From assembly GCA_030390025.1 (NCBI GenBank), contig JASTWF010000034.1, positions 1,116,001 through 1,180,000 on the forward strand: 64,000 bases of DNA. The letters run 5' to 3'. The position numbers and the translations under genes were made by a program. The notes under the pieces were generated by a model. The model saw only the letters and a program-made list of their open reading frames with translations, ran no database searches and was not told the origin of the DNA. Shown here one piece after another: positions 24,401-36,009 of the stretch. How positions within the stretch are numbered: position 1 is the stretch's first letter; the number at the start of each line of letters is the position of its first letter. Source of the stretch: Squalus acanthias. Taxonomy: Eukaryota.

Positions 24401-25820
24401 GAGAAAGCAGGGAATTATAGACCGGTCAGCCTGACATCGGTGGTGGGTAAAATGATGGAATCAATTATTAAAGATGTCATAACAGACCATTTGGAAAGTG
24501 GCGACATGATAGGTCCAAGTCAGCATGGATTTGTGAAAGGGAAATCATGCTTGACAAATCTTCTGGAATTTTTTGAGGATGTTTCCAATAGGGTGGACGG
24601 GGGGGAGCCAGTAGATGTGGTGTATTTGGATTTTCAGAAGGCCTTCGACAAGGTCCCACACAAGAGATTGGTGTGCAAAGTTAAAGCACATGGGATTTGG
24701 GGGTAATGTTTTGACGTGGATGTAGAACTGGTTGGCACACAGGAAACAAAGAGTAGGAGTAAATGGGTACTTTTCAGAATGGCAGGCAGTGACCAGCGGG
24801 GTACCGCAGGGTTCGGTGCTGGGGCCCCAGCTGTTTACATTATATATTAATGATTTGGACGAAGGGATTAATTGTAATATCTCCAAATTTGCGGATGACA
24901 CTAAATTGGGAGGCAGTGTGAACAATGAGGAGGATGCTAGGAGGCTACAGAGTGACTTGGACAGGTTGGGTGAATGGGCAAATGTATGGCAGATGAAGTA
25001 CAATGTGGATAAATGTGAGGTTATCCACTTTGGTGGTAAAAATAGGGAGGCAGACTATTACCTGAATGGTGGCAGATTAGGGAAAGGGGAGGTGCAACGA
25101 GACCTGGGCGTCATGGTACATCAGTCACTGAAGGTGGGAAGGCAAGTGCAGCAGGCAGTCAAGAAAGCAAATGGCATGATGGCCTTCATAGCAAGGTGAT
25201 TTGAGTACAGGAGTAGGGAGGTGATGCTACAGTTGTACAGGGCCTTGGTGAGGCCACACCTGGAGTATTGTGTGCAGTTTTGGTCTCCTAACTTGAGGAA
25301 GGACATTCTTGCTATTGAGGGAGTGCAACGAAGGTTCACTAGATTGATTCCTGGGATGGTCAGACTGACATATCAAGAAAGACTGGATCAACTGAACTTG
25401 TATCTTCTGGAGTTCAGAAGAATGAGGGGGGATCTTATAGAGACGTTTAAAATCCTGACTGGTTTAGACAAATTAGATGCGGGCAGAATGTTTCCATTGT
25501 TAGGGAAAACTAAAACCAGGGGTCACAGTCTAAGGATAAAGGGGAAGCCATTTAAGACTGAGATGAGGAGGAACTTCTTCACCCAGAGAGTGGTGAATCT
25601 GTGGGACTCTCTACCACAGAAGGTTGTTGAGGCCAGTTCGCTAAATATATTCAAAAGGGAGTTGGATATAATACTTGCAACTAGGGGGATGAAGTGGTAT
25701 GGCGAGAAAGCAGGAATGGGGTACCGAGGTAGCATGTTCAGCCATGAACGCATTGAATGGCGGTGCAGGCTCGAAGGACCGAATGGTCTACTCCTGCACC
25801 TATTTTCTATGTTTCTATGA
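21421..25820 (+). mobile_element. Near full-length, relatively young CR1 LINE
   Basis: 5' region, ORF1 (to 22742), ORF2, (tttctatg)n tail; attct duplicated at 21416-21420 and 25821-25825. Confidence 0.92.
22790..25820 (+). pseudogene. CR1 ORF2 (APE endonuclease plus reverse transcriptase)
   Basis: 638-aa ORF with LNARS, GITETW, YRPP, GDFN, SDH, NYRPVSLTS and YLDFQKAFD. Frameshift near 24698, stops near 24723 and 25197; FADDTK in 24732..25199. Confidence 0.92.
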
Positions 25821-26797
25821 ATTCTTGCCTTATTAAAACATGACAAACTGGGTCTGGAAATCTAGAAAGCTAACTATGAAAAAGCTGTGAAAGCATTCTG
25901 GCTCTATTGATAAGATAGTTGTTGACACTGAGTCAATAACCTTATTGAAACAGAAGGTTAAAGGCTCCGGTAGGCTGACATTTCGGAACAAGACAATGCT
26001 TCACCCTGGTTAAGGTGTTCTAATTTACACTTCGTAAAGAAGCACAAGCATCTGCCTTCGTAAAAATGACATCAAGTAAAATGCACCTGCCGTTACACCG
26101 TTTTTTATGGAAAATTTTGAAAACCTAGAGAAGAGACATGATTCTGCATTGCTACCAGCTGTGGTGACTGTAAGAATTGCAGGGGTCAGCAGAAAAATAA
26201 CCTGAGATAATTAGCTTACATCAGCAGAAAACTTTAAAGGAATTACCACTGGAAAAGGGTATAAATATTGGAGTCTCAAATGGGATAGTAGACTCGCTTT
26301 AAAGGGGCAAGGTGATTCTTGGCTTCGGAGGCGGCTCTGTATGTCTCCAAGTCTTTGCTCCTCGGTTATCAAAGGTATTTGATTTTGGTGGATATCCGGC
26401 AGAAAACTAAGAACTGTAAAACTGTAGCGAAGATAAGATTTGAAAGTAAGGTTCTCTGATAATCGAATTGTAAGCTTTCTCTTTTTGGAACTGTTAATGT
26501 TGCGAGTGACTCACCAACTGTAAATTACATGTCGGTTCTTTAATAAATCTGTATATTTTTAGAATTCTCTCACATAAGTCTTCTGTATCAAACTCACGAA
26601 CTCAATCTCTGTACGCTCTTTGGTGAGGAGTTGCAGAATTCTGGGGAGTTTTCCGGACCCTCATAATATCCGGAACGTTACAGTCTAGCTAAACTTATTA
26701 AAAGTGCTATCTGGAGGACGGTAACATTTTCAGGTTGTTCCTTTCCTTTAGGGAGAGATAGTCCGGACCTTTAGATCCAATTAAGCATCTTTAGGAT

Positions 26798-27410
26798 AGC
26801 AAAATACTGCGGATGCTGGAAATCCGAAATAACAACAGAAAACGCTGGAAAAACTCAGCAGGCCAGGCAACATCCGTGGAGAGAGAAAGAGAGTTAACGT
26901 TTCAGGTCGATGACCTTTCATCAGAACTGGGAAGAGCCGGAAATCAAATAGATTTAAGGCCAGGGTAAAGCTGGGAAAAGGGGGAGGGGATAAAGGAACA
27001 AAGGGGGAGATGAAGAGACATTAAGAGATATGCAAGGCTAGAGGTGGTGTTAATGTGACGGATTAAGGCTGAATGAAGTGTGAAATCCACTGGCAGAATG
27101 AAGGACAGCTGCCAGCTTCTAGGAGGAAAAAAAAGGTGGGGGGGACAAATAAAAGGGTGGATAAAATAAAATATAAATGTGATTGGAGCTGAGGTTATGA
27201 TCTAAAATTGTTGAACTCGATATTGAGTCCAGAGGGCTGTAGCGTGCCTAAACGAAAGATGAGGTGCTGTTCCTCGAGCTTACGCTGAGCTTCCGTGGAA
27301 CAGTGTAATAGGCCGAGGACGGTGAGGTCAGAGTGGGAGTGAAGCGGTGAATTAAAGTGACAGGCCACCGGGAGCTCGGGGTCCCCCTTACGGACTGAAC
27401 GGAGGCATTC
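26798..27410 (-). mobile_element. Penelope-like retroelement 3' fragment (GIY-YIG C-terminus plus terminal repeat)
   Basis: ORF 27195..27425 reads LPVACHFNSPLHSHSDL...RKLEEQHLIFRLGTLQPSGLN. Confidence 0.85.
26892..26928 (-). ncRNA. Minimal type I hammerhead ribozyme motif
   Basis: Minus strand reads AGUU-CUGAUGA-A-AGGUC-AUC-GACCU-GAAA-CG-UU-AACU: both core boxes, a 5-bp stem II, a 4-bp stem I and a palindromic ACGU at stem III. Confidence 0.65.
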
Positions 27411-28905
27411 AATAAGATGCGACATAAAAGGTTACTGCATAAGATAAGAGCTCACGGAGTTGGGGATAATATATCAGCATGGTTAGAGAATTGGCTAACT
27501 GACAGAAAGCAGAGAGTCGGGATAAATGGGTCATTTTATGGTTGACAAACTGTACCTAGTGGGGTACCACAAGGATCGGTGCTGGGGCCCCAACTATTTA
27601 CAATCTACATTAATGACTTGGTTGAAGGGAACGAGTGTAATATAGCCAAGTTTGCGGATGATACAAAGAAGGGTGGGAAAGCAAGTTGTGCAGAGGACTC
27701 AAGGAATCTGCAAAGGGATATAGACAGGCTAGGTTAGTGGGCAAACATTTGGCAGATGGAATATAATGTGGGAAAGGGCGAGGTTATCCACTTTGGCAGG
27801 AAAAATAAAAACACAATCTATTATTTAAATGGTGAGAGATTACAACATTCTACAGTTTAGAGGGACCTGGGGGTCCTTACGCATGAAACACAAAAAGTTA
27901 GCATGCAGGTACAGCAAGTAATCAAAAAGGCAAATGGAATGTTGGCCTTTCTTTCAAGGGGGTTGGAGTATAAAAGCAGGGAAGTCCTGCTGCAACTGTA
28001 CAAGGTATTGGTGAGACCACACCTTGAGTACTGCGTGCAGTTTTGGTCTCCTTATTTAAGGAAGGATATACTTGGATTGGAGGCAGTTCAGAGATGATTC
28101 AGTAGGTTAATTCTAGAGATGAGGGTTTGACTTATGAGGAAAGGTTGAGCAGGCTGGGCCTATACTCATTGCAATTTAGAAGAATGAGAGGTGATCTTAT
28201 CGAAATATATAAGTTACTGAGGGGGCTCGACAGGGTAGACGCAGAGAGAATGCTTCCCCTCATGGGGATAACTAGAACTCGGGGGCACAGTCTCAGAATA
28301 AAGGGTCGCCCTTTTAGAAATGAGATGAGGAGGAATTTCTTCTCTGAGGGTCGTAAATCTGTGGAATTCTCTGCCCCAGAGAGCTGTGGAGGCTGGGTCA
28401 TTAAATACATTTAAAGTGGAGATAGACAAGATTTTGCAAGGTAAGGGTGTGAAGGGTTAATGGGAGCGGGATGGGAAGTGGCTTTGAGTCCTAGATCAGC
28501 CATGATCTTATTGAATGGCGGAGCAGGCTCGAGGGGCCAAGTGGCCTATTCCTGCTCCTATTTCTTATGTTCTTAAGTCAGAGCTCCCTGGATGACGAAA
28601 CAGATAGCCAATATATTGAAGCAGAAACAGAGCATGTATGGCAGATGTCGGGTTGCAAATACATCTGATAATCAGGCAATGTACAGAAATTCTGGGCACC
28701 GCACTTTAAGAAGGCTTTGAAGGACTTAGAGAATGTGCAGAAAAGATTTACCAGAATGATTCCAGGAATGAGGGAATTCAATTACGTTGACAGACTGGAG
28801 AAGCTGGGGTTGTTCTCCTTGGAGCAGAGACGATTGAGAGGAGATTTGATAGAGGTGTTCAAAATCATGATGGTTCTAGACAGAGTAGATAGAGGGAAAC
28901 TATAA
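27411..28905 (+). mobile_element. CR1 3' fragments (two elements, boundary about 28575)
   Basis: RT and C-terminal motifs; tail tttcttatgttctta at about 28560-28575. Confidence 0.8.
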
Positions 28906-28929
28906 GGGGTATTCGGGCCGGTACCAAAA

Positions 28930-29182
28930 GCTAGGTCAAAGAGATAGGTTTTACGGAGCAACGTAAAGGAGGAGAGAGAGGTAGAGAGGCAGAGAGGTTT
29001 AGGGGGGGAATTCCAGAGATTGGGGCTCAGGCAGCTGAAGGCACAGCCACCAATGGTGGAGCGATTAAAATCGGGGCTGCTCAAGAAGCCAGAATTCGAA
29101 GAGCGCAGAGATCTCGGAGGGATGTGAGGCTGCAGGAGATTACAAAGATAGGGAGGGGCAAGGCCAGGAAGTGATTTGAAAT
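28930..29182 (-). mobile_element. L2-clade LINE 3' fragment
   Basis: GLAPPYLCNLLQP...RSLRS...GGCAFS..PNLWNS; homologous to about 46020-46265. Confidence 0.75.
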
Positions 29183-29336
29183 CACTGCAGCAATACACAC
29201 AATCCCACACTCACAATGAACCGAACTTTAGTAATATCCATTAAGAGGGAGGAACTTTCATCATTAGTAGAAAGTTGTGTCTTTTTTTGTACTCCAAAAC
29301 TAAGACTAACAGCATCACAATTTGCTTTCTTACTAG

Positions 29337-29497
29337 TTTCTCGGAAGTGAAAATCTAAACACGGGGAGGCCGAGGATGTCTACGACAGTGACAAGGACCC
29401 CCTCTACTATCAGACAGGAGCTATCGAAAAGAAGAGGCTCAACAGAATGAAGAAAGCTGGGAAAGTGGAGGAGAAAGCGAAGACTTGCGACTCGCTG
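29337..29497 (+). pseudogene. SLC4A1AP: Orphan internal exon of kanadaptin with a premature stop
   Basis: AG/GT-bounded 161-nt exon encoding (V)SRK*KSKHGEAEDVYDSDKDPLYYQTGAIEKKRLNRMKKAGKVEEKAKTCDSL. This matches vertebrate kanadaptin as recalled (VSRKRK...YDSDDD...TGLIEKKRLNRMKKAGKIDEK...ESL). Confidence 0.8.
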
Positions 29498-29954
29498 GTA
29501 AAAGTCTAAAGTTTTTATTGAATGATGTGCACAGCCCCAGAAAGAACATCATTCTTCAGAGAAGAGGCTGATAAGGGCTCCGGGAAGAGCAGGTGCTCCG
29601 TGTTTGGAGAGGAGGTGAAAGGGAATCATGGGGAGCATTGTTCCCAGGTCATGTTGCACAACTTGTGGTACCTGGTTCATTGTGGCGATAATGGAGACCT
29701 CCGCCCAGGAGATAATACATCAGACAGATAGAAATAAAGACCTCCACTGATCTTAGTTCATTCATCCAGAAAGAGCCGACAACTCCTCCCCCCAAGTCAC
29801 AACATCTACATTTCTCCAATAATTCTGGGATGTTTGCCTCCACGACCCAACTCATTCCATTCCAATCCATTGAACTTGATTACTCTTCATGTAAAGAACT
29901 TGCTCACATCAGTCCGACATTTGCCTCTCAATAGTTTCAACATATTCTCCTGAA

Positions 29955-32900
29955 GTGTGATGTGTTTCGTTTTGGTAGGAAGAACGAGGAAAGGCAATAT
30001 AAAGTAAAGGTACAATTTTAAAGGGGGTGCAGGAACAGGGAGACCTGGGGGTGCTTGTTGAGAACAAACACTCCCAAGTTGAGAAGACTGTTAAAAAGCC
30101 ATACGGAATCTTTGGCTTTATAAATAGAGGCATAGAGTACAAAAGTCAAGGAAGTTATGCTGAACCTCTATAAAACACTGGTTAGGCCCCAGATGGAGTA
30201 TTGTGGGTAATTCTGGGCACCACACTTCAGGAAGGATGTCCAGGCCTTGGAGATGGTGCAGAGGAGATTTACCAGAATGGCACCAGGGAAGAAAGTCTTC
30301 AGCTTAGTGGAGAAACTGGGGTTGTTCTCCTTAGAACAGAGAAGGTAAAGGGGAGATATGATGGAGGTGTTTAAAATCAAGAAGAGTTTTGATAGAGTAA
30401 ATAAGGATAAACTGTTTCCAGTGGCAGAAGGGTCAGTGTCCAGAGAACACAGATGTAAGGTGATTGACTAAAGAACCAGAGGCGAGATGAGGAGATGTTT
30501 TTACACAGGAAGGATGGAAGGTGGGAATTCGATGCAGAGGGGGAAGAGGTGCTGAGTAATTTAGAACAAGGGACAACAGTAAATTGGTAAATAATTAGAG
30601 TGTTTAGTTAGATCTAAGAGGATAATTGCAATTAACTAATTAGAGGATACGAACAATAAAAGGGCTCTGAATTACATTAAATAAAAATCTGTTATACATA
30701 AATGATTAAACATTCAGTAGGAGTAAGGGGATACTAAACTGAAAACATATTTCTATACAATAAGCAAAAAGACTTTGAAGTAAAATGATGGGACAGCTCA
30801 AACCCGTTGCCTGCAATTCCTGTGCCATGTGGGAACTCCAGGACGCTTCATCTGTCCTGGATAACCACGTGTGCAGGAGGTGCCTCCAGCTGCTCGAACT
30901 CGAGCTCAGGGTTTCTGAGCTTGGGCAGCGGCTGGAGTCACTGCAGGCAGACTGGAGGCTGAGAATTTCCTGGAACACATGTTCTAGGAGCTGGTCACCC
31001 CGCAGCTACAGAAAGTTCAGGAGGATTAGTAAGTGGGTGGCCAGCTGGCAGGGTAGGAAGAGGCAGGCAGTGCAGGAGTCCTCCAGGAGTGTGGCACTCA
31101 AACCGATTTCCAGTGCTGAATACCAGTGAGGGTGACGACACCTCGGGGACTGCAGACTGGATCACAAGCATGCCACAGTGGTTCAAAAGACTGCACCGGG
31201 GGCAGAGCTAAGTGTAGAAATACAGTGGTCATCGGGAATTCACCAGTCAGGGGAACAGACAGGGGTTTCAGCAATCGCTGACGTGAGTCCCGTATGTTGT
31301 GTTGGTTCCCGGCTGCCAGGGTGAAGGACGTCACTGAATAGCTGCAGAACATTTTGAGAGGGGAACGCAACAGCCAGAATCCGTGTTCCATGTTGGAACC
31401 AATAAGGTAAGTAGGAAAATGGTTGAGGTCCTTCAGGCAGAGTTTCAGGAACTTAGGATGAAGTTAAAGAGCAGGACATCAAAGGAATTGATCTATGGCT
31501 TACTCCGAGTACCATGTGCTAGTGAGTATGGGAGCAGAAAGATAAGAGAGGCTAACATGTGGCTGGAGATATTGTGCAGGAAGGAGGCCTTCAGATGCCT
31601 GGGGCACTGGGACCAGTTCTGGGGCAGGAGGGACCTGTTCACGGCGGACGGTTGCACCTCAACAGGGTTGGGACCAATGTCCTCACGGTTAACTAGTGCT
31701 GTGGGGATGGGTTGAAACTAATTTGGCAGGGAGATGGGCAAAAGGATGAAGTATTAGAGAGATACACAAGGTGCACAGAGAATTGGGAGAGACAACTAGC
31801 ACTAGAGTAAAGAGTAATTCAGAAATAGGAGGGATTAGTTGGCGGGAAATGGAAGGCAGACTAAGATAGGTTTGTATTGAGTAAATGCACGGAGTGAGGT
31901 AAATAAGGCTGCTGAGCTGCAGGCACAAGTAGTCACATGGGATTCTGATATAGTGACAATAACGGAGACATGGCTCAGACAAGGGGAGGAATGGGGACTT
32001 AATATTCCTGGCTGCAATATATTCAGGAAAGATACGGGAGGAATAAAAGGAGGGGTGGCAGTACTGATCACAGCTCTAGAAAGGGAGGATGTACTTCAGG
32101 GTTCAAAGTCAGAATCTATTTGGTTAGAATTAAGGAACAATAGAGGAGCTATTACGCTGCTGGGTATATACGACAGGCCACCAAATACTGGGAAGGAGAT
32201 AGAGGAGCACATTTTTAGGCAAAATGCAAGAATATGCAAGCACTTTAGCGGAGTGATAATGGGTGACTTCAATTATCCTAATATAGACTGAGATAGTAAC
32301 ACTGTAAAGGGAAAGGAGGCAGAGGTTTCCTGAGATGTGTACAAGAGAACTTTCTTGGTCAGTGTGTTTCCAGCCCAACGAGGAAGGAAGCAGAATCTAG
32401 TTCTGGGGAATTAAGTGGGGCAAGCGGAGAATGTTCAGTGGGGGAGCATTTGGGGAACAGTGACCAAAATATCATGAGGTTGAGAGTAGTAATGGAGAAG
32501 GTCAAGGGAAATATCAGCTGAAGTGGGGCTAATTTCAGTGCGTTGTGAAGAGTTCTGGGCCAGGTGGATTGGATTCAAAGATTACCAGGTAAAACAGTAA
32601 ATGATCAATGGGAGGCCTTCAAAGAGGAGATAGTTAGGGTACAGACCAGACATATTCTCACGATGGGTAAAGGAAGGGCATCAAAGCTGCAGCTCCCTGG
32701 ACAAGTAAAGATATGGATTAAAATGAAGGAGAAAGGGGAGCTTCTGAGAATTGTAAGGTTCCTGTTTGTGATTTTTATCAATGACTTGGAGGAGGGGACT
32801 GAAGGGTGGATCAGTAAATTTGCTGATGACACCAAGATTGGTGGAGTAGTGGATGAGGTGGAGGGCTGTTGTAGGCTGCAAAGAGACATTGATAGGATGC

Positions 32901-35710
32901 AGAGCTGGGCCAAAAAATGGCAGATGGAATTTAACACTGATAAGTGCGAGTTGATTCATTTTGGTAGGGCAAATTTGAATAAGGATTACAGGGTCAACGG
33001 CAGGGTTCTGAGGAACGTGGAGGAACAGAGGGATCTGGGGGTTCATATCCACAGATCTCTGAAGGTTGCCACTCAAGTGGATAGAGCAGTAAAGAAGGCC
33101 TATAGTGTGTTAGCGTTTATTAACAAGGGGTTTGAGTTTAAGAACCGTGAGGTTATGCTACAACTGTGCAGGACCTTGGTGAGACCACATTTGGAATATT
33201 GTGTGCAGTTCTGGTCACCTCACTATAGGAAGGACGTGGAAGCATTGGAAAGAGTGCAAAGGAGATTTACCAGGATGCTGCCTGGTTTGGGGGGAGGTCT
33301 TATGGGGAAAGATTGAGGGAGCTAGGGCTTTTCTCTTTAGAGCGGAGGAGGATGAGAGGCGACTTAATAGAGGTTTATAAGATGATGAGGGGGATAGATA
33401 GAGTGGATGTTCAGAGACTATTTCCTCGGGTGGATGTAGCTGTTACAAGGGGGCATAACTATAAGGTGCATGGGGGGAGATAAAGAAGGGATGTCCGAGG
33501 TAGATTCTTTACTCAAAGAGTGGTTGGGGTGTGGAATGGACTGCCTGCTGTGATAGTGGAGTCGGACACTTTAGGAACTTTCAAGCGGTTATTGGATAAG
33601 CACATGGAGCACACCAGAATGATAGAGAGTGGGATAGCTTGATCTTGGTTTTGGACAATGCTCGGCACAACATCGAGGGCCGAAGGGCCTGTACTGTGTT
33701 CTATGTTCTATGTTCTATGTTCATAGTTCAGTAGAGAACAAAGCTGAATACAAAAAGTACAGGCGAGAACTGAAAAAGGAAATGAGAGGGAAAAGTGAAT
33801 AGATTAGCGGGTAACATAAAAGGTAATTCAAAACTTTCCTGAATATATAAATAGTAAAAGCTTCGTCAAAGGAAGGGTGGGGCCAATTAGGGACCAAAAA
33901 GGAGATCTTGTGGAGAGAGAGGGCATGGTTGAGGTACTAAATGTATACTTTGCATCTGTGTTCACTGAAGAACGAGATAGGGGAGAAATTGAATGGGATA
34001 ACATTAGAAAAAGCGGAGATACTATAAAGGTTGGCGCGCTCAAAGTAGAAAAGTCGCCCAGTCCGGATGGGCTGCATCCAAAGGTTGCTGTGGGAAGTTA
34101 GGGTTGAAATGGCGGAGGCTCTGGCCACAATCTTCCAATCCTCCTTGGGTATGGGAGTGGTGCCAGAGGACTGGAGGATTGTACATGTTACATCCCTGTT
34201 CAATAAACAGGACAGGGTAAATCCGGCAACTACAGGCCAGTCAGCCTAACGTCGGTGGTAAAATCTGAGACGTTAATCCGGGACAAAATGATTTGGCACT
34301 TCGACAAATATGAGTTAATAAATGAAAGACAAGTGGCAGATGGAATTTAATACAAAGAAGTGTGATGTGATGCATTTTAGCAGAAGGAACAGGGAGAGGC
34401 AATATACATTTAATAGCACCGTTTTAAAGAGTGTGCAGGGACAGAGGGACCTGGGAGTTAATGTGCATAGGTCCCTGAAGGTGGCGGGAAGTATTGAGAT
34501 AGTGGTTAGCAAAACATATGGGATCATGGGCTTCATAATAGAGGTATTGAGTACAAAAGTAGAGAAGTTATGCTGAACCTTTATAAAGCGCTTGTTAGGC
34601 CACAATTGGAGATTGTGTCCAGTTCTGGTCACCACATTTTAGGAAGAATGTGAAGGCACTTGAGAGGGTGCAGAGGAGATTTACCAGAATGGTTCCGGGG
34701 ATGGGGGATCTTAACTACAAGGACAGGTTGAGAAGCTGGATTTGTTTTCATTAGAGCAAAGGAGGTTGAGGGGTGATTTGATAGAGGTGTACAAGATTAT
34801 GACGGATTTGGATAGGCTAGACGGGGAAAGGCTGTTCTCACTAATTGATGGTACAAGGACGAGGGGACACAGCTTTAACGTTTTGGGCAAGAGATACAGG
34901 GGGTAAGTGAGGAAAAACTTTTTTATGCAGCGAGTGGTGAGAACCTGGAACTCACTGCCGACGGAAGTGGTGGAAGCGGAGACACTCAATATTTTCAAGG
35001 GGAGACTTGATAGGCACTTGAGGGAAATAAACTTGCAGGGCTACGGGGATAGAGTGGGTGAATGGGACTGACTGGATAGCTTGACAGAGAGCCGGCACAG
35101 ACTCGATGGGCCGAATGGCCTCCTTCTTTGACATTATGACTCTATGAAAGCTAGCACTGATTGGTTAATGGCAAATCATGCTTGACTAACTTAATTGAGT
35201 TCTTTGATGAAGTAACGAAGAGGGTGGATGAAGGTAGTGACGTCGATGTTGTGTATATGGACTTCCAAAGGCGTTTGATAACGCACCACACAATAGTCTT
35301 GTTAGCAAAAGCCTATGGTGTTAAAGGGGCAGCGGCTGCGTGGATGCAACATTGGCGAAGGACAGAAAGCTGAGAGTAGCAGTGAACGCTTGTTTTTCAG
35401 ACTGGAGGGAAGTGTGCAGTGGTGCCCCCCAGGGGTCGGTGTCGGGACCACTGCTCTTTTTGATATATATTAATGAACTAGACATAGGTGTACAGGCATC
35501 ATTTCAGAGTTTGCAGATATAAATCACTGGTCAGGCCACAGCTGGAGTATTGTGTCCAATTCTCGGCACCACTTTAGGAAGGATGGCAAGGCCTTGGAGA
35601 GGGTGTAGAGGATATTTACTGGAATGGCACCAGGGATGAGGGACTTCAGTTACGTGCAGAGATTAGAGAAACGGGTTTCCTTGGAGCAAAGATTTGAGGG
35701 GAGATTTAGA
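29955..35710 (+). mobile_element. Pile of degraded CR1 elements, including ORF1 remnant (about 30785-31715) and a younger nested copy (about 32760-33720)
   Basis: ORF1 Cys motifs, APE and RT motif fragments; tails near 33720 and 35145. Confidence 0.8.
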
Positions 35711-35748
35711 GACTCTGGGATTAATATGAAACATTTTTCTATTGACAG

Positions 35749-35934
35749 TCTCTGGGAGTGAGCAATATCTCAGGAAGCTGGAGAGGGACTGGAGAAATGT
35801 CCTTGGGTTCACAGAGCAGATTCGGCGGGGCCAAGAACCCCAGTGTCGGAGACGGGATAAAACGGGAAGCTTCAACAATGAGTGGAAAGGAGAGGAACTT
35901 TACTGAGAATCCCATCATCCAGGATTTTGCCGAG
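35749..35934 (+). other. Candidate exon of an unidentified gene
   Basis: Acceptor tttttctattgacAG and donor GAG|GTGAGA; 186 nt, a multiple of 3; one frame open throughout; not recognisably TE-derived. Confidence 0.35.
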
Positions 35935-36009
35935 GTGAGAGTCTAATACGATACTGGGAGCTGTTCAACATCTGCCGTCAGGCTCGGCCTTTGATGGGAC
36001 AAGTTGAGC

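Larger units (their letters stand above)
21374..26665 (+). mobile_element. Putative solo LTR (about 0.9 kb) split by a near full-length CR1
   Basis: Termini TGTGA...TCATA; flanks ttatc/atatc within the minisatellite; TATA-like tataaat near 26260; AATAAA at about 26542. Confidence 0.55.

Noticed and set aside
22790..24706. Active autonomous CR1
   Set aside because: A frameshift and two stops lie in the RT half, and ORF1 also has stops.
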